DNA of 64,000 nucleotides from Methanothermococcus sp. SCGC AD-155-E23. Its GTDB lineage: Archaea; AGJL01; Methanococci; Methanococcales; Methanococcaceae. Location of the stretch: positions 1 through 64,000 of the forward strand of contig JAHEQA010000029.1 in assembly GCA_019561615.1 (NCBI GenBank). The letters run 5' to 3'. The notes under the pieces were generated by a model. It saw only the letters and a list, made by a program, of their open reading frames with translations, was not told where the DNA came from and searched no databases. Of this stretch, positions 1 through 10,388 are shown piece by piece. Position numbers and translations under genes: made by a program. Within the stretch, counting starts at the first letter, position 1; every line of letters starts with the position of its first letter.

Positions 1-12
1 AGGGCAGACTAG

Positions 13-126
13 GGCAGACTGAGGAACAGGTGTATCTTCACCTCGGCATTAACCTACGAGGGGATACCTGAGCTTATAGGGGCTATTATTCACATGCTGA
101 AAAATATCGATATAAAGAGACGGTGA
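13..126 (+). CDS. 3' end of a probable Era-like GTP-binding protein (partial)
   Basis: Frame 1 reads GRLRNRCIFTSALTYEGIPELIGAIIHMLKNIDIKRR*, which resembles a GTPase G5 'SA' motif plus terminal helix. The stop is 4 nt before the sepF start. Confidence 0.5.
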   Translation, partial: GRLRNRCIFTSALTYEGIPELIGAIIHMLKNIDIKRR

Positions 127-130
127 GGAT

Positions 131-556
131 ATGGTATTTAAATCTCTCTTGAAAGTTCTTAAAGGGGAGGAGGAAAAGATAAACTTAAAATCTAACAACA
201 ACGACACCTTGTCAGAGGAGCCGTACGTAATAATAGATGTGGACAATACCGAAGAAGATGAGAATAAAATTAGGATAAAGGTTTTAAATCTAGAGAATCG
301 TAAGGATGCCAACGAGATACTGGTCTGGGTGGAAAATGGATGTATAGTAATTGCACATACTCGGGATTTAGAGAGGGAGATAGACGAGAAGTACCTAGAC
401 ATTATTAAATACTTGAGGAATGAGACTCTAAAGATGGGGGGTAGGGTACACAGGGTATGTAACAACAGAATACTGGTACTACCTAGGAATGTAGTAATAG
501 AGAAGGTTGTAAAGGAGGAGGGACAAAGTATGGAAAAAGGAAAAGTAAAGGGTTAA
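131..556 (+). CDS. sepF: Archaeal cell division protein SepF
   Basis: 141 aa with SepF-like C-terminal pattern (GCIVIA...GGRVHRV...[10 protein letters not shown]); GGTGA RBS upstream. Confidence 0.7.
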   Translation: MVFKSLLKVLKGEEEKINLKSNNNDTLSEEPYVIIDVDNTEEDENKIRIKVLNLENRKDANEILVWVENGCIVIAHTRDLEREIDEKYLDIIKYLRNETLKMGGRVHRVCNNRILVLPRNVVIEKVVKEEGQSMEKGKVKG

Positions 557-1473
557 TCCCTGGAGTAGATGAACTTAAATATGGCCTTCTGTACATGGAG
601 CCTATTCTCTGCCTCGTCGTATACCACGGAGTGTTCTCCATCTAAAACCTCGTCTGTTATCTCCATACCTCTATTAGCAGGGAGACAGTGCATTACAATG
701 ACGTCATCCTTTGCATAACTAAGAAGTTTCTCGTTAACTTGATAGGGAGGGAATACCTTTTTAACCTCTTCTAAGTTCTTATTTTTATCACTCATACTTA
801 TCCATACATCTGTATATACGATATCTGCATCTTCCACAGCCTCTATTGGATCGTTGGTCAGTGTTAAACTACCTTCTCCATACCTCTCTATAATCTCAAA
901 GCTCTTCTTTACAAACATTCCATTGGGCTCATAACCCCTTGGAGTAGCTACGTACACATCCATTCCAACTAGGGCACCCCCTATCATCAGTGAGTTACAT
1001 ACGTTGTTTCCATCTCCAAGGAAGGAGAGTTTAAGACCTTTAAACCTACCCTTGTACTCGTATATAGTTAAGAGATCTGCAAGTATCTGGCAGGGATGGG
1101 AGAGGTTGCTTAGGGCGTTGATAACAGGGACACTTCCATACTCTGCCAACTCCTCTAATACCCTGTGATCCTTTACCCTTGCAACAACTCCATGGACGTA
1201 TCTACTTAGAACCCTGGCTGTATCCTTTATACTCTCCTTCTTTCCAAGGTGAGTTTCTCCAGCGTTTAATACTAGAGGATGCCCTCCCAACTCCCTTATA
1301 GCTATGTCAAAGCTTATTCTAGTTCTAGTAGAGGGACTTTCAAATATCATGGCTATTGTCTTACCCTCCAGTATAGGTTCCTCCTTCCCCCTATGTTTTT
1401 TAAAGTAGAGTCCATCCTCAATGATGTTGAGGACATCCCCCCTCTCTAACTCACAGAGTGTTAGTAGATGCAT
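553..1473 (-). CDS. argF: Ornithine carbamoyltransferase
   Basis: STRTR, HPCQ and HCLP motifs; start moved to the ATG at 1473 (MHLLTL), which follows a GAGGTGA RBS. Confidence 0.95.
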   Translation of the reverse strand: MHLLTLCELERGDVLNIIEDGLYFKKHRGKEEPILEGKTIAMIFESPSTRTRISFDIAIRELGGHPLVLNAGETHLGKKESIKDTARVLSRYVHGVVARVKDHRVLEELAEYGSVPVINALSNLSHPCQILADLLTIYEYKGRFKGLKLSFLGDGNNVCNSLMIGGALVGMDVYVATPRGYEPNGMFVKKSFEIIERYGEGSLTLTNDPIEAVEDADIVYTDVWISMSDKNKNLEEVKKVFPPYQVNEKLLSYAKDDVIVMHCLPANRGMEITDEVLDGEHSVVYDEAENRLHVQKAIFKFIYSRD

Positions 1474-1544
1474 GGAATCACCTCTTACCTTTATATAAAT
1501 AAAAAATATATTCATATATTAAAATTTACTGTGGGTGATGACTT

Positions 1545-2813
1545 ATGAAGGTTTATATAGAGGGATACGGGTGCACCCTTAACACCGCAGACACTAGAAT
1601 TATAAAGAACTCATTAAAACCATTTAAAGATTTCCAGATAGTGGACAGGGTTGAAGATGCAGATGTTGTAGTAATCAACACCTGTGTAGTGAGACTTGAG
1701 ACTGAGAACAGGATGCTCTCCAGGATTGAGTACTTTAGATCCCTGAACAAGAAGGTTGTGGTAGCAGGGTGTATGCCAAAGGCTCTAAGGGAGAAGGTTG
1801 AAGATAAGGGGGATCTCCTTATCATGCCCAGGGAGGCCCATCTAAGTGGGGAGATGATATACAGGTACTTCAGGGAGGGGAGAGTATCCAGGCCTTCAAA
1901 TGTTAACATAAATGACAAGTTAAAGTACTTAAAACCTGAGGGTTTAATTATGCCCCTCCCCATTGCCGAGGGATGTGTTGGAAGGTGTACATACTGTATA
2001 GTCAAGGTTGCCCGTGGTGACCTCCTCTCCTACGACAAGGATCTCCTAGTTAAAAAGGCCAGGGAATATGTAGAGGGGGGTGTAAAACATATACTTATAA
2101 CAGCCCAGGATACGGCATGCTATGGATTTGACAAGGGCTACACCCTTCCAGATCTACTTGATGACATAATCAACTCAGTGGAGGGCACCTACACCATGAG
2201 GATAGGGATGATGCATGCCAAGAACGTACCTGAGATCATAGACCATCTCCTGGAGTGCTATAAAAGTGATAAGGTTGCAAAGTTCCTACATCTACCTCTC
2301 CAGAGTGGGGATGACAAGGTACTAAGGGATATGAACAGGGAGTACACAGTAGACGAATTTATAGAGATAGTCAAGGAGTTTAAGAGAAAGGTGAAGGATC
2401 TTAACTTTAACACAGATATTATCGTTGGATTTCCTACAGAGAGTGAGGAGAACTTTGAGAACACTTTGGAGGTACTGAAGAAGATTAAGCCTGACTATAT
2501 CCATGGAGCTAAATACACCCCAAGGAGACATACACCAGCTGCAAAGATGAAGCAGATAGACACCAAGATAAGAAAGATGAGATCTAGGATCCTAGATAGA
2601 CTAAGGAGGGAACTTAGTTACGAGAACAACAGGAAGTATATAGGTAAAACCCTTAGAGTACTTATCACCGAGAGGGGAAAAGGTATCGCCCACAACTGTA
2701 AGGTGGTGAAATTTAAATGGGAGGAGGGTCTAAAAGTTGGAGACTTTGTAGATGTTAAGATAACAGAGGCTAAAACCTTTGGGTTGTTTGGAGAGGTAGT
2801 AACCCCCTTGTAA
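1545..2813 (+). CDS. mtaB: tRNA t6A37 methylthiotransferase (archaeal MtaB/MiaB-like radical SAM)
   Basis: N-terminal YGCTLN and INTCVV, CxxxCxxC (CVGRCTYC), C-terminal TRAM domain. Confidence 0.9.
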   Translation: MKVYIEGYGCTLNTADTRIIKNSLKPFKDFQIVDRVEDADVVVINTCVVRLETENRMLSRIEYFRSLNKKVVVAGCMPKALREKVEDKGDLLIMPREAHLSGEMIYRYFREGRVSRPSNVNINDKLKYLKPEGLIMPLPIAEGCVGRCTYCIVKVARGDLLSYDKDLLVKKAREYVEGGVKHILITAQDTACYGFDKGYTLPDLLDDIINSVEGTYTMRIGMMHAKNVPEIIDHLLECYKSDKVAKFLHLPLQSGDDKVLRDMNREYTVDEFIEIVKEFKRKVKDLNFNTDIIVGFPTESEENFENTLEVLKKIKPDYIHGAKYTPRRHTPAAKMKQIDTKIRKMRSRILDRLRRELSYENNRKYIGKTLRVLITERGKGIAHNCKVVKFKWEEGLKVGDFVDVKITEAKTFGLFGEVVTPL

Positions 2814-2842
2814 TTAAAATAAAATTAGAATAAAAAGGAGAG

Positions 2843-3610
2843 GTGAAAGGTATGATAGACACTCATGTCCACCTTGATACAAGACCCTATGAAGATCTTG
2901 AAAGGATGGCACTCTCCCTAGATGGAGTAATCACTCTAGCCCACGACCCTCTAAAGCCCTACACCATGGATGTACTTAGAGCCCACTTCGACAGGTTGAT
3001 AGAGGAGGAGGTAGAGAGGGGGAAGAAGAACGGTTTAAAGGTATACCCCTGTCTAGGTATCCATCCCAGGATGATACCCCCAGATGTAAACTACGGTATT
3101 TTAAAGGAGTATCTTAGGAGGGAAGGGGTTATAGGTGTTGGAGAGATAGGTCTGGAGAAGGGTAGTAAGGAGGAGGTTGAGGTTTTTGAAAGACAGTTGT
3201 TGATAGCTCAGGAGTTAGACCTACCTGCAGTTGTCCATACACCTAGGAGGAACAAAAAAGAGGTTACAAAGACTATACTGGAGGTTATTGACTCCCTAGA
3301 CTTAAAGGGGGATATGGAAAGGAGGATAGTGATAGACCACTGTAACAGGGAGACAGTTCCAGAGGTGTACGACAGGGAGATGTATATAGGGCTTACTGTA
3401 CAACCTGGTAAGTTGACACCTGGAGAGGCTATTGAGATAGTGAGGGAATACGGGGGAGATAGGTTCCTCCTAAACAGTGACTCCTCCTCGGCACCCTCTG
3501 ATGTCCTGGCAGTACCAAGGACAGTTTTAAAGATGAAGATAGAGGGTATAGAGGAAGAGGTTGTTAAAAGGGTATCCCATCTAAATGCCAGGGAGTTATT
3601 TAAAATCTAA
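2843..3610 (+). CDS. TatD-family metal-dependent hydrolase
   Basis: DTHVH, GIHP, VGEIGLE, VHTP, DH and NSD motifs. Confidence 0.85.
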   Translation: MKGMIDTHVHLDTRPYEDLERMALSLDGVITLAHDPLKPYTMDVLRAHFDRLIEEEVERGKKNGLKVYPCLGIHPRMIPPDVNYGILKEYLRREGVIGVGEIGLEKGSKEEVEVFERQLLIAQELDLPAVVHTPRRNKKEVTKTILEVIDSLDLKGDMERRIVIDHCNRETVPEVYDREMYIGLTVQPGKLTPGEAIEIVREYGGDRFLLNSDSSSAPSDVLAVPRTVLKMKIEGIEEEVVKRVSHLNARELFKI

Positions 3611-3629
3611 TTTTTATGGGGGTAATTAG

Positions 3630-4478
3630 ATGAAGTTGGATTACAAGGTACTGGCAGTTATCCCTCTTATACTCACCCTCCTCTCAGCTGCAATTGTATA
3701 TGTAAATGGGTTGAAGGAGAGTGTAGATGTAAGTGGGGGTGTGGAGATAACAGTTACAGCTCCCAAGGATGTAGATGTGGAGAAGTTGAAGGAGTATCTA
3801 CCCCCAGGTGTTGAGGTGAGAAAGTCCTACTCCCCCTCTGGTATCTTTATTATAATAAGGGCTGGAAGTGACGTAGATAGTGAGAAGATTCTAGAGGGGT
3901 TGAAGAAATTCTTCCAGGTATCTAGTCTGGAGGAGCTTAAGTACTCTCAAAAGGAGATAAGTCCTACACTAAGTGAGAGGTTCTGGAGTGACGGTCTAAA
4001 GGCCATAGCCTTTGCCTTTCTCTTTATGGCCTTTGTAGTCTACCTGGTATTTAGATCCCCTGTACCATCTCTGGCTGTAATATTAGCTGCACTATCAGAT
4101 ATAGTTATAGCTCTAGGTTTTATGAGTCTCTTTGGTATACCTATATCCACCGCCACAATTGCAGCCCTACTTATGCTCATAGGCTACAGTGTAGATACAG
4201 ACATACTGCTGACTACAAGGGTGTTGAAGAGAAAGGTTGGAGATATAGAGGAGAGAATAAGGGAGGCTATGAAAACTGGTATAACCATGTCCCTAACTAC
4301 CATAGTGGCCATGTTGGTGCTCTACCTTGTGGTTACCTATCTAGTACCTGCAGCTATACTCCTAAGGGATATAGCTCTAGTTCTACTCTTTGGATTAATT
4401 GCAGATCTACTGACAACCTGGCTCACAAACGTGGGTATACTGAAGTACTACCTCTCAGAGTACAGGAAGGGAGACTAA
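3630..4478 (+). CDS. secF: Protein translocase subunit SecF
   Basis: SVDVSGG and IGYSVDTDILLT motifs; hydrophobic helices; adjacent to secD. Confidence 0.92.
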   Translation: MKLDYKVLAVIPLILTLLSAAIVYVNGLKESVDVSGGVEITVTAPKDVDVEKLKEYLPPGVEVRKSYSPSGIFIIIRAGSDVDSEKILEGLKKFFQVSSLEELKYSQKEISPTLSERFWSDGLKAIAFAFLFMAFVVYLVFRSPVPSLAVILAALSDIVIALGFMSLFGIPISTATIAALLMLIGYSVDTDILLTTRVLKRKVGDIEERIREAMKTGITMSLTTIVAMLVLYLVVTYLVPAAILLRDIALVLLFGLIADLLTTWLTNVGILKYYLSEYRKGD

Positions 4479-4496
4479 CCATCTTGAGGGATAGGA

Positions 4497-5663
4497 ATGG
4501 ATCTACTGAAGGATAGTAAGATACTGATACTTCTAGCCTCTGTACTACTCTCCCTACTGATAATAGCCTTTAAAGGTGTATCCTTTGGGGTAGATCTCAG
4601 TGGAGGTACTGTTATAGTACTGAAGACCAGTGAGCCAGTATCCCAGGAGAACATGACTGTAATTGTTGAGGTACTTAGAAGTAGGTTGAACGCCTACGGC
4701 TTAAGTGATATCACCATCTACTCCAGGGGTAATAACGAGGTTATAGTGGAGATTCCAAAGGATGCCGATGTGGAGAGGATAAAGAAGATCCTAACTCAAC
4801 AGGGGGTATTTGTAGCAAAGATTGACAATGTAACAGCCTACACTGGAAGGGATATAGAGTATGTAGAGGAGCCAAAGTTAACTCCAAATGGCTATGGAGT
4901 TGTACTTAAGTTAACGGAGGAGGGGGCTAGGAGGTTTGCAAAGGTGGCCTATGGGAAGGCTGGTCATAGGGTAGAGCTCTACATGGATGGAAAGTTGATA
5001 AGTGCCCCTGTCCTATCTCCAAGTTTGGCAGATGGAAGACCCCATAGGGATCAGATAATTACAGTTGCAGGGAGTAACCCTACCAAGGAGGATATAGACG
5101 AGGCATGGGCTATCTATACCGCACTTAAGTCAGGATCCCTTCCAGTGAAGTTGGAGATAGAGTATATATACTCCATCTCCCCTACCTTGGGGGAGGAGTT
5201 TATAAAGGGGGCGTTGATAGCAGGTTTCTTTGCATTCCTTGCTGTAGGGGTTGTGATAGCTATCAGGTATAAGAAGCCCTCAATTGTTATACCAATACTT
5301 ACAACCTGTATCTCTGAAATATTAATTATTCTTGGAGTTGCCTCCCTTATCAATTGGAAGCTGGATCTACCCTCTATTGCAGGTATTATAGCCTCTGTAG
5401 GTACTGGAGTCCAGATCGTCATCACCGATGAAACCCTAGCTAAGGGATCAAAAAAGATTAAAAGGAGTATTAGGAGGGCGTTTTTCATAATATTTGCAGC
5501 TGCAGGGACTACAATTGCAGCGATGCTCCCACTATTCGTCATGAGTATAGGGATGTTAAAGGGGTTTGCAATTACCACTATAATTGGTGTACTTATAGGG
5601 GTGTTTATCACCAGGCCTGCATTTGCAAGGATAATCCAGTACATTGCAAAGAGGAAATCTTAA
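4497..5663 (+). CDS. secD: Protein translocase subunit SecD
   Basis: GVDLSGG, RLNAYG, ALKSGSLPV and ISPTLG motifs; TM4 motif appears two residues short (see findings). Confidence 0.92.
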   Translation: MDLLKDSKILILLASVLLSLLIIAFKGVSFGVDLSGGTVIVLKTSEPVSQENMTVIVEVLRSRLNAYGLSDITIYSRGNNEVIVEIPKDADVERIKKILTQQGVFVAKIDNVTAYTGRDIEYVEEPKLTPNGYGVVLKLTEEGARRFAKVAYGKAGHRVELYMDGKLISAPVLSPSLADGRPHRDQIITVAGSNPTKEDIDEAWAIYTALKSGSLPVKLEIEYIYSISPTLGEEFIKGALIAGFFAFLAVGVVIAIRYKKPSIVIPILTTCISEILIILGVASLINWKLDLPSIAGIIASVGTGVQIVITDETLAKGSKKIKRSIRRAFFIIFAAAGTTIAAMLPLFVMSIGMLKGFAITTIIGVLIGVFITRPAFARIIQYIAKRKS

Positions 5664-5666
5664 CAT

Positions 5667-7037
5667 TCACCTACAACAGAACTTACAGGAGATGTCAGTT
5701 GGATACTCCCCAGTAACACAGGCTAAACAGAGGTCCTCTCTCCCTATACCCTCTGTCAACCCCTGGATACTTAGGTAACCTAGGGAGTCCACATTTAAAT
5801 ACCTCCTTATCTCCTCCAGGGACTTGGAACTGGCTATTAACTCCTCCTTAGTTGGCATATCTATACCGTAGTAGCAGGGGGATATTATTCTAGGAGAGCT
5901 CACCCTTAGATGTACCTCCCTTGCCCCAGCCTTCCTCACAATATCCACTATTCTTTTAGAGGTTGTACCCCTCACTATACTGTCATCGATTAATATCACT
6001 CTTTTACCCTCTATTACAGGTTTTACAGGGTTTAACTTCAACCTTACAGCAATATCCCTCTCCTCCTGAGAGGGGAGAATAAAGGTTCTACCTACATACT
6101 TGTTCTTAACCAGTGCCTCGTAGTAGGGTATACCTAACTCCTCGGAGTAACCTATGGCAGAGATCACCCCAGAATCTGGAACAGGGGATACGATGTCACC
6201 CTCACAGGGTTCCTCCCTGGCAAGTATCTCTCCCAACTTCCTTCTAACGTTGTAAACACATATACCGTCTATGATGGAATCTGGTCTTGCAAAGTAGACG
6301 TACTCAAACATACATGTGGATACCTTGGAGGCCTCCTCCCCTATCCTGTAGGTCTCGATACCATCCCTGTTTATCACTATTACCTCCCCAGGATATACAT
6401 CCCTTATAAGTTCTCCGTTTATAACATCTAGACCACAGCTCTCAGAGGAGATATAGTAGTTATCTCTTTCATCCCTTCCAATACATAAGGGTTTAAAACC
6501 CAGTGGATCCCTAACAGCGATAAGACTGTTGTTGTAGAGGATCACAAGGGAGTAGGCCCCTATAATCCTCTTTGAAACCTCCTCTATGGATTGGATGATA
6601 TCCCCAGTTCTCAGTAGCTCCTTTACAAGTAGATGGGCTATAACCTCGGAGTCTGTGGAGGATGTAAATATGTGCCCCTGTTTTTCCAACTCCTTCCTTA
6701 ATATATGGGAGTTCAATATATCCCCGTTGTGGGCCACTGCCAAATTCCCAAGGGAGCTATTTACTATGAAGGGCTGACAGTTTTCTAGGAGTGTACCTCC
6801 TGTGGTGGAGTATCTAACATGCCCTATACCTAATTGTCCCCTTAGAGAGTTTATCACCTTCTTACTGAATACCTCTGAGACCAATCCAAGACCCTTATAA
6901 CTGTAGATACTCCCCCCATTACTTACGGCAATTCCTGCACCCTCCTGCCCCCTATGTTGCAACGCGTAGAGTCCGTAGTATATCTTCTTAACTACATCCT
7001 CCCCTGAGAAGGAGTAGGCTCCAAATATACCGCACAT
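5667..7037 (-). CDS. purF: Amidophosphoribosyltransferase
   Basis: MCGIFG N-terminus, LQHRGQE, GHVRYST, and PRPP motif LIDDSIVRGTTS. Confidence 0.97.
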   Translation of the reverse strand: MCGIFGAYSFSGEDVVKKIYYGLYALQHRGQEGAGIAVSNGGSIYSYKGLGLVSEVFSKKVINSLRGQLGIGHVRYSTTGGTLLENCQPFIVNSSLGNLAVAHNGDILNSHILRKELEKQGHIFTSSTDSEVIAHLLVKELLRTGDIIQSIEEVSKRIIGAYSLVILYNNSLIAVRDPLGFKPLCIGRDERDNYYISSESCGLDVINGELIRDVYPGEVIVINRDGIETYRIGEEASKVSTCMFEYVYFARPDSIIDGICVYNVRRKLGEILAREEPCEGDIVSPVPDSGVISAIGYSEELGIPYYEALVKNKYVGRTFILPSQEERDIAVRLKLNPVKPVIEGKRVILIDDSIVRGTTSKRIVDIVRKAGAREVHLRVSSPRIISPCYYGIDMPTKEELIASSKSLEEIRRYLNVDSLGYLSIQGLTEGIGREDLCLACVTGEYPTDISCKFCCR

Positions 7038-7128
7038 GCTATCACGTAATATTCTTTTATTATAATTTTTTCAAAAAGTTATAAAAATCAATAAACTTAC
7101 TCTTTTTAAATAAATCCTCGGTGATTAC

Positions 7129-8487
7129 ATGAGCTGGGCTGAGAAGTACAGACCAAAGACCTTAGATGAGGTAGTTGGTAACAGGGAGGCTAAGGAGGAG
7201 TTGAGAAGATGGATAGAGGACTACATCAGTGGTAGAGATAGGAGACCTGTTATTCTTGCAGGGCCTCCTGGATGTGGGAAGACTACAATGGCCAGGGCAC
7301 TTGCAAGGGACTACAACTTCGATGTAATAGAGTTAAATGCAAGTGATACTAGAAGTGCCGAAGTTATCAGGAGTATAGTAGGAAGTGCCGCAGGATCTAA
7401 GTCTGTCTTTGGTAGAAGGATACTTGTACTCCTGGACGAGGTAGACGGTATATCTGGAAGTATGGATAAGGGTGGTCTAAGGGAGATCCTCAACATAATA
7501 AAGGTTGCCAAGAATCCCATTATTATGACTGCAAACGATATCTATAAACCCTCCCTTAAACCTCTCAGGGAGAGGTGTAAAGTTATCAACTTAAAACCTA
7601 TACCTACAAATACAATACTCTCTGTCCTGAAAAAGATTGCACGTAAGGAGGGATTAGAGGTAGATGAGGAGACTCTCAAGCTTATAGCAAAACATGCTGA
7701 GGGAGATCTTAGGGCTGCAATCAACGACCTGGAGTCCCTGGCACTAGGGGGTAGTTTAAGTCCAGAGGATGCCAAGAAACTAGATAACAGGAACGTTGAA
7801 AAGAGTATCTTTGACGCCATAAGGATGATACTTAAGACTACAAACTACAACGTAGCACTACTTGCACTCTGGGATTTAAAGGAGGATCCTGAGACCCTGG
7901 AGGAGTGGTTAGCTGAGAACATCCCAAGGGAGTACAAGAAGATGGAGGAGGTTGCCACCGCCTACGACTACCTCTCAAAGGCAGACCTCTTCCTGGGAAG
8001 GGCAAATAGGAGGCAGAACTACAGCCTCTGGAGATACGCCTCGGCCCTCATGAGTGCAGGGGTAGCCCTTGCAAAGAAGGAGAAGTACAGGGGATTCACA
8101 CCCTATGTAAGACCAAAGGTATTTACAAAACTCCTACAGAGTAAAGCTCAAAGGGAGATCTTAAAGAAGATACTCTCCAAGATCAGTTCAAAAACCCATG
8201 TGTCCACCAAGAGGGCAAGGGAGGATCTGGTATACCTCTCCACCATACTTGAGAGGGATCCCTACCTAGGTGCCCAACTTGTTAAGTTCTTTGAATTCAC
8301 TGAGGACGAGGTAGAGTATTTAACAGATAGGAACACTGCAAAGAAGATATTCAAGATACTGAAGGAGAAGGAAAAAAAGAAGGTGGAGAAGAAGAAGGAG
8401 GTTAAAGAGGATAAGGTAAAAAAGAAGAAGGAGGAGAAAAAAGAGAGTAAGGGGAAGCAGATAACACTGGAGGCCTTCCTTCAGTGA
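7129..8487 (+). CDS. rfcL: Replication factor C large subunit
   Basis: WAEKYRP, GPPGCGKTT, ELNASD, DEVD; C-terminal PIP box QITLEAF. Confidence 0.95.
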   Translation: MSWAEKYRPKTLDEVVGNREAKEELRRWIEDYISGRDRRPVILAGPPGCGKTTMARALARDYNFDVIELNASDTRSAEVIRSIVGSAAGSKSVFGRRILVLLDEVDGISGSMDKGGLREILNIIKVAKNPIIMTANDIYKPSLKPLRERCKVINLKPIPTNTILSVLKKIARKEGLEVDEETLKLIAKHAEGDLRAAINDLESLALGGSLSPEDAKKLDNRNVEKSIFDAIRMILKTTNYNVALLALWDLKEDPETLEEWLAENIPREYKKMEEVATAYDYLSKADLFLGRANRRQNYSLWRYASALMSAGVALAKKEKYRGFTPYVRPKVFTKLLQSKAQREILKKILSKISSKTHVSTKRAREDLVYLSTILERDPYLGAQLVKFFEFTEDEVEYLTDRNTAKKIFKILKEKEKKKVEKKKEVKEDKVKKKKEEKKESKGKQITLEAFLQ

Positions 8488-9809
8488 GACAACCTTCCTA
8501 CAAATATACCATCCCTGGTACTTAGTATCTTCACCTTTACCTCCTTCCCTATCCACCTCTCAGGATCCTCTACATTTATTATCTGGATAAGTCTATCCCT
8601 TGCACATCCAATTACCTCCCCCTTAATCCTTCCATCTAGTATAACCTTGGCCTTAACCTTACTGTTCACCTTGAAGGGTATAGGGACCCTCTTTCTCCTG
8701 TGGCTTCCAAAGGCCTTGGAAAGTGGTGTTATCAGTTGGACATCTATACCCTTTTTCCTGTACTCCAACTCGTACTCCCTAAGTAACTTGTAGAACTTCT
8801 TGAAGTTCCATACCTTCATATTCTTCATCCTTCTACCAAACTGGTATACCTGGCACAGTTGAACCCCAAGTATTGGATCCTTCCTCCCTGTAATAGGGTT
8901 TATGATATTTTGAGGGTTTCTTCTCTCCAGCTCTACGGCGTAGTCTATCACCTTCTTGAACTCCTGGTCGTTTATACCTGGGAGAAGTAGAGGTGCTATT
9001 AGAAGGTGTATCTTTGTATTCTTGATGTACTCCGCTATCTCCAATATACGGTTTATATCGTAGGATCTACTCCCTGCCAAGGCCCTACTCATTCTCTCAT
9101 CTAAGGCGTTTATGGAGAGGTTTATCCTGTGAAGTCCAGCCTCCTCCAACTCATCTATTAACTTGTAGGTGAGAGATACCCCATTGGTCTGGATTGTTAC
9201 TATACCCTCCCCCTTACTGTTTATCTCGTGGAGTTGTTGTACAAGGTCAGGTAGAGGGTGATAGAGGGTAGGTTCCCCCTGCCCATCTAGGTGGGCCTCC
9301 AGATGTCTGTTACCCTTAACCTCAACTACCTTAAGGTACCACTTTAGTAGATGATCCATATCTACGTAGTAGTCGTTCTTTCTAGTCTTGGAGTATCTAC
9401 CTTCATCCACAGAGCAGAAGGGACAGTTTATGTTACAACCACAGAGCCCCCTTACCTGTATAATATTTGTACCTCTGTCTATGAGACCAAAGGCTGTATG
9501 TCCCAGTAGAGGTACTGGTTCAGAGATGTAGTAGGTAGTTCTCCCAGTTATCTTACTTCTCATACCCTGGGAGATGGAGAGAGAGATAAGGTTGAGTATC
9601 CCAGCCTTCAGGGAGTGTAATCTGTACTCAGGTATCTCCCCCTCTATTAGGAGTTTTCCATCCTCCAGGGAGTAGGGGTAGTTGAGCACCCTATCTAAGG
9701 GTATGGTGACCTCGTAATTCTTACAGATCTCAATGTTTAAGGTGTCACCTTTTAATTTAGTATGGGTTATCATTTTAAATTGGTTAAAATCTATGAGTGT
9801 GCTCTTCAT
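8481..9809 (-). CDS. Uncharacterised radical SAM protein with C-terminal TRAM-like domain
   Basis: CNINCPFC, DGQGEP, QTNG; C-terminal GKEVKVKILSTRDGIFVG. Confidence 0.8.
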   Translation of the reverse strand: MKSTLIDFNQFKMITHTKLKGDTLNIEICKNYEVTIPLDRVLNYPYSLEDGKLLIEGEIPEYRLHSLKAGILNLISLSISQGMRSKITGRTTYYISEPVPLLGHTAFGLIDRGTNIIQVRGLCGCNINCPFCSVDEGRYSKTRKNDYYVDMDHLLKWYLKVVEVKGNRHLEAHLDGQGEPTLYHPLPDLVQQLHEINSKGEGIVTIQTNGVSLTYKLIDELEEAGLHRINLSINALDERMSRALAGSRSYDINRILEIAEYIKNTKIHLLIAPLLLPGINDQEFKKVIDYAVELERRNPQNIINPITGRKDPILGVQLCQVYQFGRRMKNMKVWNFKKFYKLLREYELEYRKKGIDVQLITPLSKAFGSHRRKRVPIPFKVNSKVKAKVILDGRIKGEVIGCARDRLIQIINVEDPERWIGKEVKVKILSTRDGIFVGRLSH

Positions 9810-9865
9810 AGATGCACCTTTTAAATTCTTGTTAGGTGAAAATTTTGTAAAAAAAAAGAGAAAAA

Positions 9866-10336
9866 TTACTCCAACTCCTTTAGCACTATCTCCTTAACCT
9901 TCTCCTCCTTGTTCTTAGGGGAGAATATCTTAAAGTTTATCACTATCCTTACCACGTCATCCCCGTCAACGAGATCACACTCTCCAAGGTAGGCCTTCTG
10001 TTTATTGAACCTAAGGTATATCTTACTCTTCTCTATCCTTAAGTCAATATCTCCCTTTAACTTATTCACATTCTTCTCCTTGGACTTTATCAACTTCATA
10101 ATATGTTTAAATACCTTCTTGGCCACCTTACTCTTATTCACGGTAATGGTATGGACCTTTATGGGATTTCCAAAGCATCCCTCGTTTTCAACAGTCTCAA
10201 TCTCCACATCTTCATCATCGATATCCTCTGGTAAAAAGTAGACCATGGCCTCTAAAACCTTGTTATCATCCTCTGTAGCATGGGATATTGAGGAGATCTG
10301 GATATTTGATACATCCACCTTTGACATACCCCTCAC
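9866..10336 (-). CDS. Archaeal RNA-binding protein (PF01877-like)
   Basis: HATED, GxFGNPI, YLRFNKQKAY motifs. Confidence 0.8.
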   Translation of the reverse strand: MRGMSKVDVSNIQISSISHATEDDNKVLEAMVYFLPEDIDDEDVEIETVENEGCFGNPIKVHTITVNKSKVAKKVFKHIMKLIKSKEKNVNKLKGDIDLRIEKSKIYLRFNKQKAYLGECDLVDGDDVVRIVINFKIFSPKNKEEKVKEIVLKELE

Positions 10337-10388
10337 CTATTTTAGTGTCAAGTTATTATAGTGGATATAAAAATAAAATGGTGATACC

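Noticed and set aside
1-20. Tandem 10-bp duplication AGGGCAGACT x2, which places a TAG in the frame of the upstream GTPase-like gene
   Set aside because: It lies at the very edge of the window and is most likely a contig-end or assembly artefact; it cannot be judged without upstream sequence.
8360-8460. Purine-rich low-complexity tract
   Set aside because: It encodes the normal Lys/Glu linker of the RFC large subunit before the PIP box.
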